Below are positions 54,701 through 64,000 of a DNA stretch of 64,000 nucleotides, piece by piece; the stretch's first letter is position 1, and every line of letters begins with the position of its first letter. A program made the translations under genes and the position numbers. The notes beneath the pieces are model-generated. The model made no database searches, had not been told where the DNA came from, and saw only the letters and a program-made list of their open reading frames with translations. The stretch lies in assembly GCA_017443175.1 (NCBI GenBank), contig JAFSOZ010000003.1:289892-353891 (forward strand), given 5' to 3'. The stretch comes from Bacteroidales bacterium. GTDB taxonomy: Bacteria > Bacteroidota > Bacteroidia > Bacteroidales > WCHB1-69.

Positions 54701-57700
54701 ATTCAGCAGCGTTAATTCTCCTATTAATGCCGATGCAGGTTCCGTTTCCGGATCCCGTATTACATATAGCGGATGGAACGGCAGCAACGCCAGAAGAGAC
54801 AATCTCTCTTCAACCTCAATGGTGAGCGCTTCAGGTTATTCATTAGGTTTAGTAAATGGTTCATCAAGCAGTAATTTAAATAATGGTAAAACCATTACTA
54901 TAACGACTTCAACTAAAGATTTTGGTAATCTGAAACTGCATTTTGATTACGGTGCTGAAAGATATCAGTCTGTTACTGGAATTTATTCATCAAATGACAA
55001 AGCATTCACGGATATTACATATAGGGTTGCAACCACGACGGGTAGTACTGACTTGCCCTCTACTCATATTGAATTGCAGCAAAGTACCCTTACAACCGGC
55101 TCTGTGGATATTGATTTGTCTGCCTCTGAGGATCTTAGAAATCTGATTGAGAATCAAGACAATATTACAATAACGTTGACTTTTAGTGGAGCAGCATACT
55201 CGGTTGTTCCCTTCGTTACTCATACACAATATTTACGCCTTGACAACATCTGCATATCCGGTACCAAGGCCATAGACGAAATAGAATTATCGAGAGCTGA
55301 CGAGACAGAGCCTTGTTGTACTAATCAGCCGTTGACGTTGGTAGCTACTGCACCGTACGTTAACACCAATGCAGAGCCGGCAGTTGAAACGCCTATTATC
55401 TACAAATGGGAAAGAATTGTGGGAGGTGTGAGTACCGTTTTGGATGAAACGTCCTACGTTTTGACCGACAACGATGTGCAAGAGGGTGATTATCAATATG
55501 TGGTAAGTGTAGGCGAGGCTCCTTGCGGCAAGTCCGACACCATCAACGTACATGGTATCAAGCCAGCCTATCGTTTGGACATTGTCCGTCATGGTACGGT
55601 CTGTTCCAACAAAGTGGATCAAATCAGTAACATCGATTTTACTGATTGCGAATATGAGGATGGCATGTTCATCGTAACGCCTTCTGCTAATGAGATGCGT
55701 ACACCGGGCATTTATGAATGCCAGTTGAGCGTCCCTACCACGGAGAATCCTTGCGACAGTGTCATCACCCTGATGCTGGAAGTACTCAAGGCATTTGACA
55801 CTACGATTGTGGCCAACATCTGTTTGGGAGAAACCTACAACCAATATGGCTTTAACATTACTCCTACCGTAGAGGGCGTCACCTACCATACTTCTGACCC
55901 GACTTGGACTTGTTCCACGGGTTGCGACAGTATTTATCGTCTGACGTTGATTACAAGTAGCGTTAAACAGACTTTGAGCTCAGAAACGGATGTGACATTG
56001 GCTGCTTGGCCTATGGATCATGGAATCAACAAATTCGTGCCTGCGTGCGGTGTGCGTACTGCCAATAGTTCATTTATGGTATATGGTGGTGAACACATGC
56101 CTTCCTTTACCAATACAACAGGACATGCACCCTCTTCTGACTACTGCTACGCTGCCGCATCAAGTAATGGCGCTCTGAATTGGGCAAATTTAAGCAGTGA
56201 CTGTAGTGGTTTATTGAAAACCCCCACCTATATAGATTACAGCGGTGCTTACTTTGAAATCAGGATCAACCCATACGACTACGAGAATCTTAAGTTGAAA
56301 TTTGATTACTCACGCCAGAATGCCTCCAGCAATGGCCAGGCCTTTAACAGAGTGAACTATTATTATAAGTTCAGCGAAACGGGCAGTTATACTTCATTAG
56401 GCTATGCGAATATTAACTCTACCAATTGGGATTCTCAAACGTTGGATTTCTCTTCCGCTGATGCTATTGACCATAATGTGATGTATCTGAAGGTTGAATT
56501 TACAGGAGGTTCTGCCGGTAACACGCAAAATTGCGGAACAGCACAAGGTTCAAAATACCTTCCTAGCTATATCACGGTGGATAATGTGAAGATTACGGGT
56601 GACCGTCCGGCAAGAGCCTCATTGGATGGCAATGCACAGACCTGCAGCGAGACATACGTGTGCGAAGGCAATGAAGTGGTATTCAACTGCCAGGGCGATG
56701 ACAACTACTTCAAGTTCTATGTGGTGGATGAAACCGCCAATGACACTACCGCCTTCAATGGTAGCCTCTCCCTTGTCAAAACCCCGACCCAATCTTCAAC
56801 CTATAAGATCGTGGGTGTAGAACAGACCACCATGTGCGACACTGTATGGGGTCCGTTTAACGTGGAAGTGGTAAAGAACCCGACCATCACCGCCTCACAA
56901 GGTGAACTCAACCTGGGTATTTGCGGTCACGATATGGTCAACAACGTGTTGCTCATTGAGAACGCCACCGGCTACACCTTCTCTTGGCTGACGGATAGCT
57001 TGGGCTTAGCTCATACCGAAACCACAGGCCATCAAGTGGATACCATCACCATCACCGGCACCTTGTCCGAAGGTGGTTACGTTGGATACAGAATCATAGC
57101 TAATCCTGACGACCGTTGTTCCAGTGTTAACGTAAGAGAAGAGGGTTCCATCACGGTTCGTAGAGTGCCCACATTCGAGCAGACCATCGGCAAAGACACG
57201 GTGTGCGAGGGCGCTGATATGCAGTTTGTGGTGGACACCACCGGTTGCAACTTCTTCCAGATCGCCCCGGATCAACGCATCAAGTGGTACACCAACAATG
57301 TTGTTCTGGGTAATGAAGACACACTGAACTACGTGGCAGAAGAGGCCACCCACTCCGCACGCCACTACATCATGGTCAACCAGAACGGTTGTACCACGAT
57401 AGATTCCATGGACATTGTAGTCTATAAATTCGATGCAGACACGCTGCGCCTCAAAGAAAGCCACTATGTGCTCAACTATGGTGACAACTATCTGATAGCT
57501 GATTCAGTTCAAAAACCCGACCTGATGCACAATGGTGAAGCTATAGCTGAAAAGAATATCCAATCCATCACTATCCGCGGCATTACAGACAACAAGATTC
57601 CTGTCAACAGCATCACTGACTTGAGCGCCACCATTATATGGGACGTTGTGGATATGTGCGGCAACACACACAGCAGAGAGCAGGTTCTCACCTTCGAACT

Positions 57701-58328
57701 TCCTCCTTGCGGCGACGAGGATCATTTCTTTGTCACCGATGTGGACGGCAATGAGTATCACACCGTGAGAATGGGCTGGAACTGCTGGATGCGTGAGAAT
57801 CTGAAGACGCTGAACTATGCAGACAATACGCCGGTAGCCAAGGCTATGGGCTATGTAAGCAGCGAGTTCCCGAATGCTGACACCACAGCAAAAACCTTCG
57901 GTCGTCTCTACACCTGGTACTCCAGCATGGGCATAGAGGAAGGTTCCAACACCATGCCGACCGTCAACGAATTCGGCCACGTGCAAGGTGTCTGCCCTGA
58001 AGGTTGGTTCGTGCCCGCTCCTGAGCAGTTCAACACCATGTCAGAAATTGACATGGACAATCTCCGTGCTCCCGAATATTGGCTGGATGGCGGTGGCAAC
58101 AACAGCACCAAATTCTCCATCCTGCCGGGCGGCGCATACAACAGCGACAAAGACCGTTTCGAGAACATCCTCGGTAACGCCTACTTCTGGAGCACAGACC
58201 TCACAGGTAGTGCACAACCCAGAGCATACATGGCCGACTGCAACTGCTACATGTGGCAGATTTTGGATAGTTCCCCGAAACACGGATTCAGCGTCCGTTG
58301 CGTGAAGGAGAAAGTGAAAAACGAGTAA
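51786..58328 (+). CDS. 2180-aa secreted multidomain surface protein: N-terminal glycine-rich (PF12810-like) domain, Listeria-Bacteroides repeat, many Ig-like repeats, two MAM/CBM-like modules, C-terminal FISUMP (Fibrobacter succinogenes major paralogous) domain
   Basis: Signal peptide [24 protein letters not shown]. Gly-rich domain: [29 protein letters not shown]...[11 protein letters not shown]...[16 protein letters not shown]. Listeria-Bacteroides repeat: [20 protein letters not shown]...VTLYAHW. FISUMP: [24 protein letters not shown]...GRLYTWYS...[13 protein letters not shown]...NAYFWST...GFSVRCVKE. No T9SS CTD at the end. Confidence 0.9.
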   Translation: MKKFLTLTLTAILCCLLTGVAQAQSVESKTQTYNSGSGTWTAPTGAWKVTKLEAWGGGGGGGNCSNRYRVASGGGGGAYAKTTTETSVIPGDRLPFSVGTGGAGGANGNDSWMKANANSTDYLVKASGGSSGTYVVRPTSNGTVTAAGGAGGSVSTSFGTEETIAGGNGSDATITRSGTYSYSQSGAGGKGANGGNGGNSVSSNYAAGNAGTAPGGGGSGARNTNRNGYSYNGGAGGSGRVTITYEILTLTVTLDQNYFGAPEAETFDILYYDTCGNNLTTPDRGARYLFLGWFTEPSGGTQVTATDTCKSTSNVTLYAHWAYAGAITTITETTDPCGNYEVTQDTAAVGEVVYSWEYAFNNGNWQAIPNANTAALTQEYMNLNQMGTYQFRRYITGNSQTVISGGIYSVKVKGLSTAGAIASSSRYSCTTGSDTIKNVTEATPEYSTSTVTYIWKYSKDGGAETTIDNSNSASYIAQNLTAGTYVFKRYATIGCAEPVVSAGEDTLIVIDLNNYTPTVSANYTQLCEGGTLEIESDNYELSDIDQNYNYPAFKWMISEDGDNYIQVPDMYGKTLSLVINNDGDYKFFLNLTYFGLPACVISTDTTDITVVDDPTIGAPSISATEPICPNSEITMEAATIQGGVGIYTYTWEFLPAGGDETTDWVDTAASQATYSSNATGSILTASNFLVTGDVKYRTKISNTQGCDFTSDPAALSIKELPIPTVSQAMDVCPAPGDTAFTFMVSTTDQSYELSWFADATSTTAIPAPETSLASEGVITYYVAQRNPVDDCLSARVPVTLTITYTAHLGHTGGDTVQVVCQNSAMEAITFDHSGDCAPQVTWNPSQPAGVTVTTENGITTIAGTPEEAGNFTFKVELHPDAQTVCAAPNVFTGRIQVNTIYNVTVDTTICSGSVTISDNNGHSYTFSESGNYTRTLEAVTGCDSVVTLNLYVHEWNQFGFKENEELIAGWTSFSSVNSPINADAGSVSGSRITYSGWNGSNARRDNLSSTSMVSASGYSLGLVNGSSSSNLNNGKTITITTSTKDFGNLKLHFDYGAERYQSVTGIYSSNDKAFTDITYRVATTTGSTDLPSTHIELQQSTLTTGSVDIDLSASEDLRNLIENQDNITITLTFSGAAYSVVPFVTHTQYLRLDNICISGTKAIDEIELSRADETEPCCTNQPLTLVATAPYVNTNAEPAVETPIIYKWERIVGGVSTVLDETSYVLTDNDVQEGDYQYVVSVGEAPCGKSDTINVHGIKPAYRLDIVRHGTVCSNKVDQISNIDFTDCEYEDGMFIVTPSANEMRTPGIYECQLSVPTTENPCDSVITLMLEVLKAFDTTIVANICLGETYNQYGFNITPTVEGVTYHTSDPTWTCSTGCDSIYRLTLITSSVKQTLSSETDVTLAAWPMDHGINKFVPACGVRTANSSFMVYGGEHMPSFTNTTGHAPSSDYCYAAASSNGALNWANLSSDCSGLLKTPTYIDYSGAYFEIRINPYDYENLKLKFDYSRQNASSNGQAFNRVNYYYKFSETGSYTSLGYANINSTNWDSQTLDFSSADAIDHNVMYLKVEFTGGSAGNTQNCGTAQGSKYLPSYITVDNVKITGDRPARASLDGNAQTCSETYVCEGNEVVFNCQGDDNYFKFYVVDETANDTTAFNGSLSLVKTPTQSSTYKIVGVEQTTMCDTVWGPFNVEVVKNPTITASQGELNLGICGHDMVNNVLLIENATGYTFSWLTDSLGLAHTETTGHQVDTITITGTLSEGGYVGYRIIANPDDRCSSVNVREEGSITVRRVPTFEQTIGKDTVCEGADMQFVVDTTGCNFFQIAPDQRIKWYTNNVVLGNEDTLNYVAEEATHSARHYIMVNQNGCTTIDSMDIVVYKFDADTLRLKESHYVLNYGDNYLIADSVQKPDLMHNGEAIAEKNIQSITIRGITDNKIPVNSITDLSATIIWDVVDMCGNTHSREQVLTFELPPCGDEDHFFVTDVDGNEYHTVRMGWNCWMRENLKTLNYADNTPVAKAMGYVSSEFPNADTTAKTFGRLYTWYSSMGIEEGSNTMPTVNEFGHVQGVCPEGWFVPAPEQFNTMSEIDMDNLRAPEYWLDGGGNNSTKFSILPGGAYNSDKDRFENILGNAYFWSTDLTGSAQPRAYMADCNCYMWQILDSSPKHGFSVRCVKEKVKNE

Positions 58329-58350
58329 TGGATACTCCATACATGAAAAA

Positions 58351-58378
58351 TGGCTGCGTTTCCGCAGCCATTTTTTTT
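58351..58378 (+). terminator. Rho-independent terminator
   Basis: tggctgcg-tttc-cgcagcca followed by T8. Confidence 0.8.
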
Positions 58379-58402
58379 ATTCCAAACTTTCAAAAAAAAA
58401 TG

Positions 58403-58410
58403 TATCTTTG
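58403..58410 (+). promoter_or_regulatory. -7 promoter box TATCTTTG for rho
   Basis: 100 nt upstream of ATG 58510. It lies inside the longer track ORF, so the 58408 start is rejected. Confidence 0.5.
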
Positions 58411-58509
58411 CGCGTCTTTTGCAGGAGGAACAACAACCTGTCCATATCCTCTACGGGTGGTCCTCCATATTCAGCAAGGAAAATCCTATTCTACAAATTC
58501 TTAAAAACA

Positions 58510-60285
58510 ATGTCAGAGTCCGTTGAAAATAGACCTAAGAGACGAAGAATTAGTACGGCAAAACCTATACCCGCAGGTTCTTCAAACCAAAAAAAAGTCA
58601 CTGAAAAAGTAATATTGCCGGAAAAGAAACCCGTGGTATTCATCAAGGAGCGTCACGAGCAGCCGGTGAACGAGGTTGCCGCAACCCCTTCCGTCCAAGA
58701 GGAAGTGGTGATGATGGCCAATCCCATTGCGCCTGCCGAGAAACCCAAGCGCGGTCGCAAGAAAAAAACAGAGGAACCTGTAGCCGCACCCGTGGAGAAT
58801 GTCCCGCAAGAAGCAAGTGCAATTCAAAGTACAGAAGCTGAGCCTGAAATTCCCGTAAAGAAAAAACGCGGACGCCCTAAGAAGAACCCCGCTCCTGACG
58901 TTGCCCCAGCCATAGAAGCCAAGGAAACGGAGGTGAAAGAAGAAACCGCTGAAAAAACCGAGCCCAAGGAGCAGGAGACCAAACCGGCCAACGATGAAAC
59001 CAATCCTCAAAAAAACAATTTCAAGCAGAAAAAACAGGACAAACATAATAAACCTGATAACCAGTCCAAGACTGCCGAGCAGAAACCCACTACCCCACCC
59101 GCTCCTGCCAAGACCCAGGAGGAACTGTTCCTTGAGGAGCAGATGCGCATACTGGCCGACTCGCAATATGACGGTGCGGTATCCGCCGAAGGCGTATTGG
59201 AAATCACCAGCGACAACTGCGGTTTCCTGCGTTCCTCTGACTACAACTACCTTACCTCCCCCGACGATATCTACGTTTCCATGTCCCAGATCAAACTGTT
59301 CGGTTTGAAGAACGGGGACACCATTTATGGCCAGATTCGTCCGCCAAAAGCCGGTGAGAAATACTTCCCGCTGACGAAAGTGGAGAAAATCAACGGATGC
59401 AATCCTGAGGACATTCGCGACCGTATTCCGTTTGACTATCTCACGCCGATGTTTCCGGATGAGAAAATCAACCTCACCGGACATCCAGGCTGCAACATCT
59501 CCACGCGCGTCATCGACCTGTTCGCGCCCATCGGCAAGGGCCAGCGTGGCCTGATTGTGGCCCAGCCCAAAACGGGTAAGACGGTATTGCTGAAAGATGT
59601 GGCCAACGCCATCGCTTACAACCATCCCGAGATCTACCTTATCGTGCTGCTCATCGACGAGCGTCCTGAGGAGGTTACGGACATGCAGCGCAGTGTGAAC
59701 GCGGAGGTCATTTCATCGACCTTCGACGAGCCCGCCGAGCGCCACGTGAAGATCGCCAACATGGTTCTGGAAAAAGCCAAACGCATGGTGGAATGTGGCC
59801 ATGACGTCTGCATTCTGTTGGATTCTATCACCCGTCTGGCACGTGCGTTCAACACCATCGCACCGGCATCCGGCAAGGTGCTCTCCGGCGGTGTGGAAGC
59901 CAATGCCCTGCAGAAGCCCAAACGTTTCTTCGGTGCTGCCCGTAACGTGGAGAACGGCGGCTCACTCACCATCATCTCCACCGCCCTCATCGACACCGGC
60001 TCCCGCATGGACGAGGTGATCTTCGAGGAGTTCAAGGGCACCGGCAACATGGAGTTGCAACTCGACCGCAAGCTTTCCAACAAGCGCATCTACCCGGCGG
60101 TTGACTTAGTAGCCTCCAGCACGCGCCGCGACGATCTCCTGCAATCACCTGCCACCTTGCAGAAAGTGTGGATCCTGCGCAACCATATCGCCGACATGAC
60201 CACCATCGAGGCCATGACCTTCATCAAGGAGAACATGGAGGATACGAAGGATAATGAGGAGTTCTTGAGTGCGATGAATAGCTAG
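58510..60285 (+). CDS. rho: Transcription termination factor Rho with a roughly 235-aa Lys/Glu/Pro/Ala-rich N-terminal insertion
   Basis: The C-terminal two thirds are canonical Rho: [17 protein letters not shown]..., [15 protein letters not shown] Walker A and [10 protein letters not shown]. The N-terminus [16 protein letters not shown]... is low complexity. Confidence 0.93.
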   Translation: MSESVENRPKRRRISTAKPIPAGSSNQKKVTEKVILPEKKPVVFIKERHEQPVNEVAATPSVQEEVVMMANPIAPAEKPKRGRKKKTEEPVAAPVENVPQEASAIQSTEAEPEIPVKKKRGRPKKNPAPDVAPAIEAKETEVKEETAEKTEPKEQETKPANDETNPQKNNFKQKKQDKHNKPDNQSKTAEQKPTTPPAPAKTQEELFLEEQMRILADSQYDGAVSAEGVLEITSDNCGFLRSSDYNYLTSPDDIYVSMSQIKLFGLKNGDTIYGQIRPPKAGEKYFPLTKVEKINGCNPEDIRDRIPFDYLTPMFPDEKINLTGHPGCNISTRVIDLFAPIGKGQRGLIVAQPKTGKTVLLKDVANAIAYNHPEIYLIVLLIDERPEEVTDMQRSVNAEVISSTFDEPAERHVKIANMVLEKAKRMVECGHDVCILLDSITRLARAFNTIAPASGKVLSGGVEANALQKPKRFFGAARNVENGGSLTIISTALIDTGSRMDEVIFEEFKGTGNMELQLDRKLSNKRIYPAVDLVASSTRRDDLLQSPATLQKVWILRNHIADMTTIEAMTFIKENMEDTKDNEEFLSAMNS

Positions 60286-60343
60286 GGATGTTTAGAGTTG
60301 AGAGTTTAGAGTTGAGAGTTTAGAGATTAAAAGATTAGAGGTT
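60286..60343. repeat. Tandem 14-bp repeat TTTAGAGTTGAGAG (2 perfect copies plus degenerate copies), C-free
   Basis: Units at 60291-60304 and 60305-60318, then tttagagattaaaa and gattagaggtt, directly abutting ATG 60344. No C on the plus strand from 60283 to 60374. Confidence 0.8.
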
Positions 60344-61639
60344 ATGAGAAGGTTGGTTGGTTGTATGTTTTTGGCGGTTTTGGTGAGCTTGATGGGCTTG
60401 ATGGCTATGAGTTGCACCAAAGCGAACGCTGTCAGGGACAGAAGCGGCCGTATGGACAATCCGATTGTCCGCGCAGACACCACATCTCCCTTTGTGCGCG
60501 AGCTGGCGCAATATATTGACAACACCTGCAACCGGTTGAACGGCACATTGATTATCGCACGGCACGACACCATTTTGTTGGAGCGCGCCAGCGGTTACCT
60601 GCAACTGTTCCGCGAGGCCACGGGCTACGACACCATCACTTACAACGACCTCGCCCGGCTGCGCAAGCGCGAAGACAACCGGATGACGATGAACAGTCTT
60701 TTCGACTTGGCATCCGTGTCCAAGCAATTTACCGCCGCAGCCATCATGAAGCTCTGCTATGAGGGTAAGATCAAGCTCACCGACTCACTATGCCGTTTCT
60801 TCCCCAATATCCCGTACAAGAACGTCACCATCAAGCAGCTGCTAACCCACACCTCCGGCATTCCGGAGTATTTCAACTTTGACTTCAAGATCTACGACAC
60901 CACGTTTTTCATTGACAACGACCAGTTAGTTCAGGTGCTGGAGCAGCAGCGATTCCCGCGCATGTTCGTGCGCGGCACCGGATACAAGTACGTGAACACC
61001 AACTACGCCCTGCTGGCCGCCATCGTGTCCGATGTAACAGGCGATTCGTTTGAGCATTATGTGCGCACCAACCTATGGGAGCCTGCCGGTATGGAGAACA
61101 CACGCTTCTTCACGGAAATTGTGGGCATTTCTCCCGTGGATTTGCTGCAGCATGATCCAGCAGAAAAAGGACAGGAATACGTAATTGCCTACCCCATGCC
61201 GTGCATGTCGAAAGTGCCTGTGACACGGGGACACTGGCGAAGCGGCGCGCTGGCCCAATACGACCGGCTGAACGGCATCCTGGGCGACAAAGGCGTCTAT
61301 GCCTCCGCTGAAGACCTCATTAAATGGACCAACGCTTTCTACATTGAGCACAAAATTCTGCCCAAGGAATGGGTTGACGAGGCCACCCGAGCCCAAAACA
61401 GACTGAGCAATGGCAGCTATCCCAAAGATGGCTACGGCTACGGTGTCCATCTGGAAGAGAAAGAAGAGAGCGGTTTTGTAGTCTATCACGGCGGGCTGTG
61501 GGACGGCTATCACAACGTATGGCTATACCGCCCGTCCGACGGCCTCCAAATCGTCTTCCTGAGCAATTTCTATAACCGTGCCCATACGGGCAAATGCGAC
61601 CAGATTCTCCAGTTCGTGGACAGCCTTTACCACAGATAG
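60344..61639 (+). CDS. Serine hydrolase, beta-lactamase (class C / PBP4-like) family lipoprotein
   Basis: Lipobox LMAMSC and the SxxK motif LASVSKQFTAAAIMKL. Confidence 0.82.
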   Translation: MRRLVGCMFLAVLVSLMGLMAMSCTKANAVRDRSGRMDNPIVRADTTSPFVRELAQYIDNTCNRLNGTLIIARHDTILLERASGYLQLFREATGYDTITYNDLARLRKREDNRMTMNSLFDLASVSKQFTAAAIMKLCYEGKIKLTDSLCRFFPNIPYKNVTIKQLLTHTSGIPEYFNFDFKIYDTTFFIDNDQLVQVLEQQRFPRMFVRGTGYKYVNTNYALLAAIVSDVTGDSFEHYVRTNLWEPAGMENTRFFTEIVGISPVDLLQHDPAEKGQEYVIAYPMPCMSKVPVTRGHWRSGALAQYDRLNGILGDKGVYASAEDLIKWTNAFYIEHKILPKEWVDEATRAQNRLSNGSYPKDGYGYGVHLEEKEESGFVVYHGGLWDGYHNVWLYRPSDGLQIVFLSNFYNRAHTGKCDQILQFVDSLYHR

Positions 61640-61640
61640 C

Positions 61641-62471
61641 ATGATGAACACCAACTACCATACCCACTGCACTTATTGTGACGGAAAAGATCCGTTGGAA
61701 GCTTTTGTAACCGAAGCCGAACGGCTGCATTTCAGTCAATTGGGATTTTCGTCCCATGCCCCCGTACCCTTTGAGAACGAATTCGGGATAAAAGAGGCGC
61801 AAATTCCCGACTACTGCCGTGATATTGACCAATTGCAGACCCGCACCCCCATACAACTGCTGAAAGCCCTGGAATGCGATTTCATCCCCTACATGTCCAC
61901 CACGTTTGAGACGTTCAAAGAGCAATATCATCTCGACTACATCATCGGCGGCGTGCATCTGGTGCGCCCCAAAAACAGCGACCGGCTCTGGTTCATTGAC
62001 GGCCATGACCGCGAAATTTATGACAACGGGCTCACCCAGCTCTTTGACGGCAATGTCAAAGTAGCGGTGACTGCATTTTGGGAGCAGACCTTCGAGATGT
62101 TGGAGACTCAGCAACTGGACATCATCGCCCACGTGGATAAAATCAAGATGCACAACCAGCACCGTTTCTTCCAGGAAGATGAAAGTTGGTACAGAGCACT
62201 GGTTGAAAAAGCCATTCAACTGATTCACCAGCATGATGTGGTAATGGAAATCAACACCCGGGGGCTGTACAAGAAGCGTTGTGATGCTTTCTATCCTTCC
62301 ACAGAGATATTGATGAAAGCCCGAAAACTGGATATCCCCGTTGTCATCAGCACCGATGCGCACAAGGCGGAGGAGTTGGGTTTGTACGCGGATGAGGCCA
62401 TGATAGAGCTACAAAAATGTGGTTATGGGAATGTGGTATCATTTGATACCGTTAAGCATTGCTTCCGATAA
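61641..62471 (+). CDS. Histidinol-phosphatase, PHP (HisJ/HisK) family
   Basis: MMNTNYHTHCTYCDGKD...GFSSHAP...GGVHLV...AHVDKIK...STDAH. ATG 61641, 1 nt after the preceding stop. Confidence 0.82.
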   Translation: MMNTNYHTHCTYCDGKDPLEAFVTEAERLHFSQLGFSSHAPVPFENEFGIKEAQIPDYCRDIDQLQTRTPIQLLKALECDFIPYMSTTFETFKEQYHLDYIIGGVHLVRPKNSDRLWFIDGHDREIYDNGLTQLFDGNVKVAVTAFWEQTFEMLETQQLDIIAHVDKIKMHNQHRFFQEDESWYRALVEKAIQLIHQHDVVMEINTRGLYKKRCDAFYPSTEILMKARKLDIPVVISTDAHKAEELGLYADEAMIELQKCGYGNVVSFDTVKHCFR

Positions 62472-62502
62472 AAGGTTTTCTGAGGTTTAATATTACTACC
62501 CC

Positions 62503-62652
62503 GGCCTGCGGCCACCCGTTGAGGCTACGCCTCCTTTTCCTCTTCACTCGGCATAGTCAAAGCAAGCTTTGCCTCTGCACTCGTTCATTCGTCAAATCTA
62601 AAATAGAAGGGGAATTTTGGGCGTGTACGACAAAACGTGCAATAACTATTGC
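62503..62652. repeat. Cluster of four short perfect palindromes in a convergent intergenic region
   Basis: GGCC-tgc-GGCC (62503-62513), GAGGC-tac-GCCTC (62521-62533), CAAAGC-aa-GCTTTG (62558-62571) and GCAATA-ac-TATTGC (62639-62652). Confidence 0.5.
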
Positions 62653-62658
62653 AATGGA

Positions 62659-63267
62659 TTACTTCCTGCGGTTCAGTTCCTCCTGGATTTTGGAGGCCAA
62701 CTCGAAGTCTTCGCTTTCAACGGCCCCGTCCAGCAGGGCCTGCAGTTCCTGCGTACTCATCTCCAGCAGTTTCTGTTCAATGTATGCATCGGGGCGGATT
62801 TCTTGCGTTTCGGTCAGCACTTGCGACGGATTGAAAGTTTCTTCCTCCTCTGATTCCCGATCTTCCAGACAGTTGGCATTGAAAACATCCTCATTCATGT
62901 AGAAAGGCACTTCCGCTTTCAACGCCAGGGCAATGGCATCCGATGGCCGTGCATCAATGAAAAAGATGGTATTGTCCGGGCGCATCATCAACATATCGGC
63001 AAAATAGACCCCATTTTCGTAGTGCACAATATCCACCTCCGTAAGCCGGCATCCGATATTATCGCACAACGAAGCGAACAACTCGTGCGTCAGCGGACGC
63101 TGCGTATGCGACTGGTTCAGCTCCACCAGAATAGCCCTCGCCTCGCTCATCCCGATGATGATGGGCACATAGCGGTCGCCCTCCTTTTCTTTCAGAATCA
63201 AGGAGAAGGCCTCCGAAGGATGCTGGGCCGCATGGATAGCCGCTACTGTGAGTTCGATTTTGGACAT
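62659..63267 (-). CDS. Bifunctional nuclease (DUF151/BFN) family protein with a C-terminal UVR motif
   Basis: LILKEKEGDRYVPIIIGMSEARAILVEL...RPLTHELF...ARPSDAIALALK. C-terminal ELQALLDGAVESEDFELASKIQEEL. Confidence 0.8.
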   Translation of the reverse strand: MSKIELTVAAIHAAQHPSEAFSLILKEKEGDRYVPIIIGMSEARAILVELNQSHTQRPLTHELFASLCDNIGCRLTEVDIVHYENGVYFADMLMMRPDNTIFFIDARPSDAIALALKAEVPFYMNEDVFNANCLEDRESEEEETFNPSQVLTETQEIRPDAYIEQKLLEMSTQELQALLDGAVESEDFELASKIQEELNRRK

Positions 63268-63333
63268 GAGAAAGGGCGAATGAGGTACATGGGGTGCAAG
63301 AGGTGAAATGGAATAACTATTATCTATTAACTA

Positions 63334-64000
63334 TTAACTCCGAAAATATTCCACTGCATTCTTGAAGATATCCTGGAATTTGTCGCCATCGATATTCTTG
63401 TACAAGTTCTCGCCTTTGCGCTCGCTGTGGCCCATCTTGCCGAGGATGAGGCCGTCGGGAGAGACGATACCTTCGATAGCGTAGGAAGATCCGTTGGGGT
63501 TGTCGAGCGGGTTCATGCTCACGTTACCAGCTTCATCACAATACTGGAAGGCTACCTGGCAGTTCTCGAAGAGTTGTTTGGCCAGTTCTTCACTCACCAC
63601 AAACTTGCCCTCACCGTGGCTGACCGCAATGCTGTGCACGTCGCCCACCTGGAAGGAGGTGAGCCAAGGCGAAGCCACTGTGGAAATGCGCGTGCGCACG
63701 ATGCGCGAGATGTGACGGTTGATGTTGTTGCGGTACAGTGTAGGCGATTCGGGAGTGATGTCACCGAGCCGTCCGAAGGGCAGCAGGCCTGACTTGACGA
63801 GGGCTTGGAATCCGTTGCAGATGCCGAGCACCAGTCCCTTGCGCGCCAACAGGTCGTTGACAGCGGCCTTCACTTGAGCGTTGTTGAGCACCGTAGCGAT
63901 GAACTTGCCACTGCCGTCGGGCTCGTCGCCGGAGCTGAAACCGCCGCTGAGCGCCAAAATCTGAGATTCACGGATAGCAGCTGCCAACTCGTTCAGTGAA
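63334..64000 (-). CDS. purL: Phosphoribosylformylglycinamidine synthase, C-terminal glutaminase domain (5' part beyond the window end)
   Basis: LSGGFSSGDEPDGSGKFIA...LVLGICNGFQALVKSGLLP...SHGEGKF. The M at 63987 in the track is a TTG. The frame stays open to base 64000 (..SLNELAAAIRE). Confidence 0.88.
   Translation of the reverse strand, partial: SLNELAAAIRESQILALSGGFSSGDEPDGSGKFIATVLNNAQVKAAVNDLLARKGLVLGICNGFQALVKSGLLPFGRLGDITPESPTLYRNNINRHISRIVRTRISTVASPWLTSFQVGDVHSIAVSHGEGKFVVSEELAKQLFENCQVAFQYCDEAGNVSMNPLDNPNGSSYAIEGIVSPDGLILGKMGHSERKGENLYKNIDGDKFQDIFKNAVEYFRS

Noticed and set aside
51415-58400. tRNA-Asn-anchored genomic island carrying the 2180-aa gene
   Set aside because: There is no integrase or transposase. 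I found no direct repeat of the tRNA 3' end downstream of the gene. The flanking genes are core housekeeping genes (yitT-like, rho).
58582-59625. 347-aa minus-strand ORF antisense to rho, and the similar 61320-62363 ORF antisense to the hydrolase and PHP phosphatase genes
   Set aside because: They are low-complexity mirror images of real genes (e.g. [13 protein letters not shown] opposite the Lys/Glu-rich Rho insertion). No start context or promoter box is present.
62459-62902. 147-aa plus-strand ORF spanning the palindrome-rich spacer and running antisense to the BFN gene
   Set aside because: It has no promoter box or motif. Most of it lies antisense to a convincing bifunctional-nuclease gene.
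1-64000. Mobile elements, prophage, CRISPR-Cas, restriction-modification or known defence systems
   Set aside because: I scanned all listed ORFs and the intergenic regions. Nothing resembles a transposase, integrase, recombinase, Cas protein, methyltransferase or known defence ATPase/nuclease pair. The EEP, BFN and P-loop proteins are isolated and look like ordinary housekeeping or accessory genes.

Overview
This 64-kb window is a chromosomal segment of a Bacteroidota genome. I infer Bacteroidales, Prevotella/Segatella-like, from four things: TAnnTTTG -7 promoter boxes ahead of almost every transcription unit; T9SS type-A and type-B C-terminal sorting domains; SprB, FISUMP and Listeria-Bacteroides-repeat surface proteins; and a Rho with a long N-terminal insertion. 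I call about 46 protein genes and 2 tRNAs (Gln-CUG, Asn-GUU). I saw no rRNA, CRISPR, transposase, integrase, phage or recognisable defence genes. Well-supported housekeeping calls are proS, mazG, udk, phoH, lpxK, PNP, azlCD, sppA, murF, anmK, folA, smpB, rdgB, rpmF, yceD, ispE, rho, a split chrA pair, a PHP histidinol phosphatase and the purL 3' end. The window is unusually rich in very large surface proteins. (1) A giant SprB-repeat ORF on the minus strand (1..5286) has at least 1762 codons. It runs off the left edge, so the supplied ORF track misses it. (2) A 2180-aa protein combines an N-terminal glycine-rich domain with a C-terminal FISUMP domain. (3) A 940-aa protein carries CUB-like, P-domain-like, PKD-like and T9SS type-B domains. 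(4) A C10 (streptopain-family) peptidase carries two CUB domains and a type-A CTD. My best candidate for an undescribed system is the 4-gene envelope operon at 9977..14942. It encodes an extremely Tyr/Trp/His-rich and Ser-rich lipoprotein, a FadL-like barrel, a repeat protein and a GATase1/DUF4159-like protein. Secondary candidates are a permease-less GldA-like ABC ATPase tightly linked (3-bp gap) to a cofactor-less NuoG-C-terminal-like protein and SppA, and odd C-free repeat elements abutting two start codons. All family assignments come from motif recognition by eye; no searches were run. Coordinates of small motifs were hand-indexed.
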